64,000 bases of DNA, from positions 1-64,000 of the IMG/VR virus record IMGVR_UViG_3300020045_017904. One strand, given 5' to 3'. Both the position numbers and the translations under genes were made by a program. The first letter of the stretch is position 1. The number at the start of each line of letters is the position of its first letter. This document shows positions 59,350 to 64,000 of the stretch, piece after piece. The stretch comes from a virus. The notes beneath the pieces were generated by a model, which had not been told where the DNA came from, did no database searches, and worked only from the letters and a program-made list of their open reading frames with translations.

Positions 59350-61038
59350 TTAGATTGTATTTAAACCATCTATATATATTTTACCGAAATATTCAGGTCT
59401 TAACATCTTTTTAGCATATCTTGTAAGTAAACCTTTTCTTGGGGTAAATGTATCTGGGTCGTAAACAATTGGAGTTTGAATCAAGGCAACATAAGGTGCA
59501 AATACAGCTCCAGCTTCTAGGAATTGATTTCCTCTATATCCCATTAACATCAAGTTTTCAGTTAAATATGGGTTTTTGTAGATTTGATATCTTCCATTTA
59601 AAGATCCTGCTTTTTGTACTCCAAATGCATACTCCATTTGTGAAGCTTCTCCATTACTTGTTGAAGCAAATCCTGGGATTGATTCAAGTATAGTTGCTAC
59701 TGTTGGAGATGTTACTATCCAATTGGCTCCACCTCTTAATGTTAATTGGTGAATTTTGTTACTTAATTTTTGTACTTTAGTACCTAATGTTTGGAACCAT
59801 GCACCTTGTGTGTTGTAATAAGCAGATGTTATTGTTCCAAATGCTGTTCCAGCTGCATTTAATACTTGGTTGTTATTAGCACTCCAATACTCAGTTCCTG
59901 CTGCTGCATCTTCAATCAACATATCTAAGATTTCTAAATCAATTTCCATTGAAATATATTCACTCATTATATTTGTTAATTCTTTTTCAGCATCAATATT
60001 TTGGTATGCTTCTAAATCTTGTTGAAACTCAGGAGTCCAAACTGCTTTTAATTTTTTAGTTTTCGCAGTAATACTTTGGCTTTGCATTTTAACATTAATC
60101 TCAGGGATTACTATTGTTGTTAAACTTGCTGAGTTAGGTATTGAGAATGAACCTGATGTTGAATCTTCAAAATCACCTCTTAAATTATCGGCTGTTTCTT
60201 TATTATAGAAAACAACATATGAACCTGAGTTTGAGTTTGCTGTTGAAGCTGTTACAAAGAAGTTAAGTTCGTTGTTTATAGAATCATAATAGTGGAATTG
60301 TTGTAAGTTTTGTGCAGCTGTTATTGAACCTGAAGTTATAACAAATCCTCTTACTGCATCTCTGTCAAAATAAGGCAATGCTGATGTTGAACCAGTAATT
60401 ACTAATCTTTTTATTGTTCCTGCAGCTACTGATGCTGAATAATTAGCATCAAATTTAATATCTGATAATGATGCAGAGTGAATATTTCCTGTATCTGATA
60501 CTGAAGATGAGATAAATTGTGATGCTGAGAAGTTATTTGTAGAATATGTAAATCTTCCTGTTCCATATAAACCACCTGATGGAGCTAATGTTTGGAATGG
60601 GAATCTACCTGCTGAGTTTCTTTGTCCATAAAGTGATTCACCTGAGTTAAATGGAGTTTTTGTATTTCCATATTGGAAATCAAGGAAAAACACAAGTCCT
60701 GAAGGTAAATTCATTGGTTGAACTGAAACAAATTCTTTAGCAGCTATTTGAGAGAATACTTTACGTACTAAAGGCAAAGCTATACCTGCCCAGTTTTCTG
60801 ATTGTCCTACTGTAAAAGTTCCAGCTCCTGAACCAGCACCAGTTGTATTTACTTCTGTTACTAATTGTTTTGCTTGATTTTCAAGCATCAAAGCCATGTT
60901 ATTTTTTTCAGTACCTTTTAAACCGTTTAATAATCCAGTTTTAGACCATTTATCAGCTAATTTTGCTGATTCTTTTTGGACTGTTTTCCATTCGTTTGCA
61001 CTTTCTAAAAGTGATTGTATTGATGTTGTTGTGTTCAT
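59350..61038 (-). CDS. major capsid protein (gp23-like)
   Basis: LENQ, PLVRKVF, VSVQPMNLPSGLVF, KLKA.WT.E..QDL.AY, APY, F.PRKG..TRY. Confidence 0.97.
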   Translation of the reverse strand: MNTTTSIQSLLESANEWKTVQKESAKLADKWSKTGLLNGLKGTEKNNMALMLENQAKQLVTEVNTTGAGSGAGTFTVGQSENWAGIALPLVRKVFSQIAAKEFVSVQPMNLPSGLVFFLDFQYGNTKTPFNSGESLYGQRNSAGRFPFQTLAPSGGLYGTGRFTYSTNNFSASQFISSSVSDTGNIHSASLSDIKFDANYSASVAAGTIKRLVITGSTSALPYFDRDAVRGFVITSGSITAAQNLQQFHYYDSINNELNFFVTASTANSNSGSYVVFYNKETADNLRGDFEDSTSGSFSIPNSASLTTIVIPEINVKMQSQSITAKTKKLKAVWTPEFQQDLEAYQNIDAEKELTNIMSEYISMEIDLEILDMLIEDAAAGTEYWSANNNQVLNAAGTAFGTITSAYYNTQGAWFQTLGTKVQKLSNKIHQLTLRGGANWIVTSPTVATILESIPGFASTSNGEASQMEYAFGVQKAGSLNGRYQIYKNPYLTENLMLMGYRGNQFLEAGAVFAPYVALIQTPIVYDPDTFTPRKGLLTRYAKKMLRPEYFGKIYIDGLNTI

Positions 61039-61069
61039 TTTTATATTTTTTGTTTTTTAAGTTTAAATG

Positions 61070-62056
61070 TTATTTTTCTGGAGATAGTCCTGCTATTTCC
61101 ATCATTCTTGTAAATGCTTTGTTTGTTTCAATTATAGGAGTTTTTGTAGAATTACTATTCATATTTTCTACTAATTTTATTGCACTCCCCATAATTTTTT
61201 TATTTTCAATTATTGGTTTTTTAGACTTGCTTAATCCTTCATTTAAAGTTTCATATACAAGTTCTACTTCTTTTTTAGTTTTTGTTTTATCAAATGCTCT
61301 TAATACTTTAATTTTTTGGTTTTCATTAAGATTTTTTGATTTAAAAATTTTATTTGAATAAAGTAATTTTGCGTTGAACAAATTAACTTCATTTAAAGTT
61401 TCTTTTAATTCATTTATTGTTTTTAATGCTTCTTTGTATTGATTTTTTAATGAAGAATCTTCTTGAATTGGTTTTTTAACTTCTTTTGAATTTTTCAATT
61501 CATTCAATAATTCATCTATATCAATATCATCTTCATCATCTAAACCAAGAGCATCTTTAGTAGATAAATGATGTTCATCACCATATTCTTCTACTTCTTC
61601 AATTTCTGGTTCTTCTTCTAATGTTTCATTTTCACCTTCACCTGCTTTTAAATCACCTGATGAAACCATATCTTGAATAACATCTTCAACAAATGCTTTT
61701 AAATCTGTTTCTGTCATGTTTTCTAAATCGATTTCTTCATCTTCTTCATTTTCTTCTTCCCCGTCTTTAGGTTCTTTAGGTTCTTTAGGTTCATCTTTTT
61801 TAGCTTCTAATTGTAAATCGTCGTCTTCTTCTAATCCTGCTAAAAGTTCATCTATGTCTGAATCTTCTGTTCCCATTTCTTCATTTTCGTCTAACTCATC
61901 TTCACTTTCCATTTCAGCTAATTTTGCTGATAATTTTTCTTTTAGGAATGGTGTAAATGTTTCGTTTAAAGCTTGTGTTGCATTTTCGATAGCTGCTGCT
62001 TTAATTATTTTAGCATCTGCTATTGCTTCTTCAAGTAAATTTCTTTTTGGTGTCAT
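61070..62056 (-). CDS. prohead scaffold/core protein (gp22-like)
   Basis: acidic coiled coil upstream of the MCP gene; LNEVNL.NAKLLY.NK; RM.EIAG. Confidence 0.8.
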   Translation of the reverse strand: MTPKRNLLEEAIADAKIIKAAAIENATQALNETFTPFLKEKLSAKLAEMESEDELDENEEMGTEDSDIDELLAGLEEDDDLQLEAKKDEPKEPKEPKDGEEENEEDEEIDLENMTETDLKAFVEDVIQDMVSSGDLKAGEGENETLEEEPEIEEVEEYGDEHHLSTKDALGLDDEDDIDIDELLNELKNSKEVKKPIQEDSSLKNQYKEALKTINELKETLNEVNLFNAKLLYSNKIFKSKNLNENQKIKVLRAFDKTKTKKEVELVYETLNEGLSKSKKPIIENKKIMGSAIKLVENMNSNSTKTPIIETNKAFTRMMEIAGLSPEK

Positions 62057-62187
62057 TAAAATTTGGTTTTTTGTGGTTGTGTACGCTTATTAAAAATTAA
62101 AACGTAATAAGAAATAAAATATTTAATACAATATAGAACATTGCATATTCCCCTATACGTATATAGAAAAAAATAAAAATATAGAAA

Positions 62188-62859
62188 TTAAGTTAAAGTT
62201 TGTAAAAAAGGAATAATTTTAGATTCTAATAAACTATATCCTGAAGCATTTGGGTGTAATCCATCAGAAGTATATGTTCCAACATTACCTGCATTTATCC
62301 CCCCATTATTATATTGATCAAAACAAGGGATATTATTAACACTACAAAAATTAACTGTTGCAGCTGATAATTGTCCAACATTACCAGGAAAAATTTGACT
62401 ACTTGTTTGAATAGCATAAGCTGGGGATAAATAAACTATATGTTTATTTGGAAACATGGCTCTTAACCCATTATTCATTACTTTTAAAGCCCCATAATAT
62501 GTTAAGAATGTGGTATCTGAAATATCACCTATTATTGTTGACATATCTGTTTCTGAACCAGCAAAAGATGAATCATTAACTCCTCCTGATACAATTACTA
62601 AATCAACTCCACTACTTGATAAGGCTTGATAAACTCCTGATGATGCCATTCTAACATCAGTACTAAAACCCCCATAACAACATAATCTTCTCCCATTGAA
62701 ACCAAAATTATATATATTTGAAATGCCTGTAGCATTTTTTATTGCTGTAAAAGGGCTTCTGAAGTTTACAATAGAATCCCCAAAATAATCAGCTGTTATT
62801 CCATTTAAATTAAAATATGCTGCTCTTTCTGTGGTTCTAAAAGAATTTATATAATTCAT
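62188..62859 (-). CDS. SGNH/GDSL hydrolase
   Basis: FGDS, G, GGVND, DGLHP. Confidence 0.88.
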   Translation of the reverse strand: MNYINSFRTTERAAYFNLNGITADYFGDSIVNFRSPFTAIKNATGISNIYNFGFNGRRLCCYGGFSTDVRMASSGVYQALSSSGVDLVIVSGGVNDSSFAGSETDMSTIIGDISDTTFLTYYGALKVMNNGLRAMFPNKHIVYLSPAYAIQTSSQIFPGNVGQLSAATVNFCSVNNIPCFDQYNNGGINAGNVGTYTSDGLHPNASGYSLLESKIIPFLQTLT

Positions 62860-62861
62860 TT

Positions 62862-63704
62862 TTATATATTATTTATACCATTAAATGTTTTTACTTCAGC
62901 TATTGGCATATTATTAAATGTTTTTACTTCAGCTATTGGTACTCCAAAAAAACTTTTTATTGAAGAAGCAACTGCTACTTCAGGTACAGAATATCTTTTT
63001 GATGGGATTATAAAATTATAAGTTGGGTTACTTAATATTTTTATTTCTGCTAATGATGGTAATCTTTTATAACATCTTACATCACTTATCCACCCTCCAA
63101 ATTTTTTAGAAAAATCACCAGATTGTGCCCCAATAACTGGGTATTCACCCCCTGCCATAGTAATTGTTCCTATAGTACCTGTGCTTGTACCTACTTGTGT
63201 TCCATCTACATATAAAGTAACAGTATTACCATCACGAACCATTAATAAATGTTGCCATTTTGTTGTACTTTGGGTACCAGCTTGTACTGAAACAATAGGA
63301 TTACTACCATCCCCAGCAAAACATCTCCAATTACCAAATTGTCCTTGTATTTCAAACCAAGTAGCAGTATTTGCTGATCTTCTCCAATTATAAAGAACAT
63401 CATCCCCACCTATAGGATCAAAAGCCCAAAGAGATACAAAATATTGGGTTGGGGTGTCAGTCCATAATTGTGGAGTTGTTATATAATCTGTAGATCTATT
63501 AAATTTCCAAGACTGAAGATTATTATTTTTATTAAGAGCCCATTGAGGGTTTCCAACAAAAGTTCCATGTTTACCATAACCTGATAAATCTGGAAGAGTT
63601 CTACCAGAACCTAACCCAATATAATGAGCAGCAAGACCTGTTCTAAGTCTTGGGTCTGTATTTTTGGGATTAAATACTCTTTGGCCTGAATGTTTATATC
63701 TCAT
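62862..63704 (-). CDS. LamG/ConA-like lectin-domain virion protein
   Basis: DLSG.G.HGT, WQHL..VRDG..LYVDG, IGA..F.G.ISDVR.Y.R. Confidence 0.85.
   Translation of the reverse strand: MRYKHSGQRVFNPKNTDPRLRTGLAAHYIGLGSGRTLPDLSGYGKHGTFVGNPQWALNKNNNLQSWKFNRSTDYITTPQLWTDTPTQYFVSLWAFDPIGGDDVLYNWRRSANTATWFEIQGQFGNWRCFAGDGSNPIVSVQAGTQSTTKWQHLLMVRDGNTVTLYVDGTQVGTSTGTIGTITMAGGEYPVIGAQSGDFSKKFGGWISDVRCYKRLPSLAEIKILSNPTYNFIIPSKRYSVPEVAVASSIKSFFGVPIAEVKTFNNMPIAEVKTFNGINNI
62880..62939. repeat. 27-bp direct repeat with 33-bp period, encoding PIAEVKTFN
   Basis: ATTAAATGTTTTTACTTCAGCTATTGG at 62880 and 62913. Confidence 0.9.
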
Positions 63705-64000
63705 TAAGTAACAGTTTCAGTAAATCCATACCAATTTATCATATGATTACTACCTGTAGAATTTAAATTCACACCTGTATTGTGCGTTACAAATATTACA
63801 AATTTTTTAGGAAGTAAACCTCCAAACAGAGCAGCAACTGATTTAAAACTAAAGGGATAAGATATGTTGGATGTAGTAGAAACTACTGGGATAACATGGG
63901 CTAAAACTAATCCTGAATCTCTAACCTCAGCATTTGTTAATGTTTCTGCACTATCAGTACCATCTAATACATCAGGCCATGTTGGAGTATCATTTATAAT
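63704..64000 (-). CDS. partial hypothetical (virion-associated?) protein running off the window
   Basis: 99 open codons (..SVAALFGGLLPKKFVIFVTHNTG..) ending in a TAATG overlap. Confidence 0.55.
   Translation of the reverse strand: MINDTPTWPDVLDGTDSAETLTNAEVRDSGLVLAHVIPVVSTTSNISYPFSFKSVAALFGGLLPKKFVIFVTHNTGVNLNSTGSNHMINWYGFTETVT

Noticed and set aside
61765-61795. 9-bp tandem repeat (EPK x3) in the scaffold gene
   Set aside because: Ordinary low-complexity linker.
3695-63393. All plus-strand ORFs in the phage segment (e.g. 3695, 8465, 13761, 27776, 29583, 35605, 46177, 52319, 60963, 61716, 63181)
   Set aside because: They are antisense shadows of well-supported minus-strand genes, F/L/I/S-rich, with no recognisable motifs.
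1-64000. CRISPR array, tRNA or rRNA genes
   Set aside because: No regularly spaced repeats or T-loop/cloverleaf signatures seen by eye; tRNAscan-SE was not run.
2345-64000. Stop-codon reassignment
   Set aside because: Core genes are full length in code 11, and TAA, TAG and TGA all end genes at expected positions.

Overview
The window has two unrelated parts joined at about 2347-2370. Bases 1-2380 are plus-strand, bacterial-type glycosyltransferase genes. Bases ~2345-64000 are about 61.6 kb of a very AT-rich, large T4-like myovirus, with essentially all real genes on the minus strand. A Bacteroidota host is inferred from TTGG-N19-TATATTTA promoters, the lack of obvious SD sites and a T9SS-CTD protein. 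The phage part encodes a replisome (clamp and loader, DnaB, SSB, UvsX, 5'-exonuclease, a PolB split in two by a homing endonuclease, and an extra short PolA), GroEL/ES, a CCA-adding enzyme, NrdJ and PhoH. It also has a 7-deazaguanine DNA-modification cluster (folE, queD, queE, queC, a TGT/DpdA-like gene) with an embedded HPRT and atypical QueC/QueE motifs, seven free-standing homing endonucleases, and the baseplate, tail, neck and capsid module. Top leads: (1) a possible nucleotide-level deazaguanine pathway; (2) an [ST]-[GAS]-S motif clustered in variable domains of virion proteins, a candidate modification sequon; (3) a phage-encoded T9SS substrate; (4) a two-chain PolB with a structured leader RNA; (5) a probable +1 frameshift in the tail chaperone; (6) a recurrent CG-rich 22-bp DNA motif. 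All calls come from motif recognition by eye; no database searches were run.
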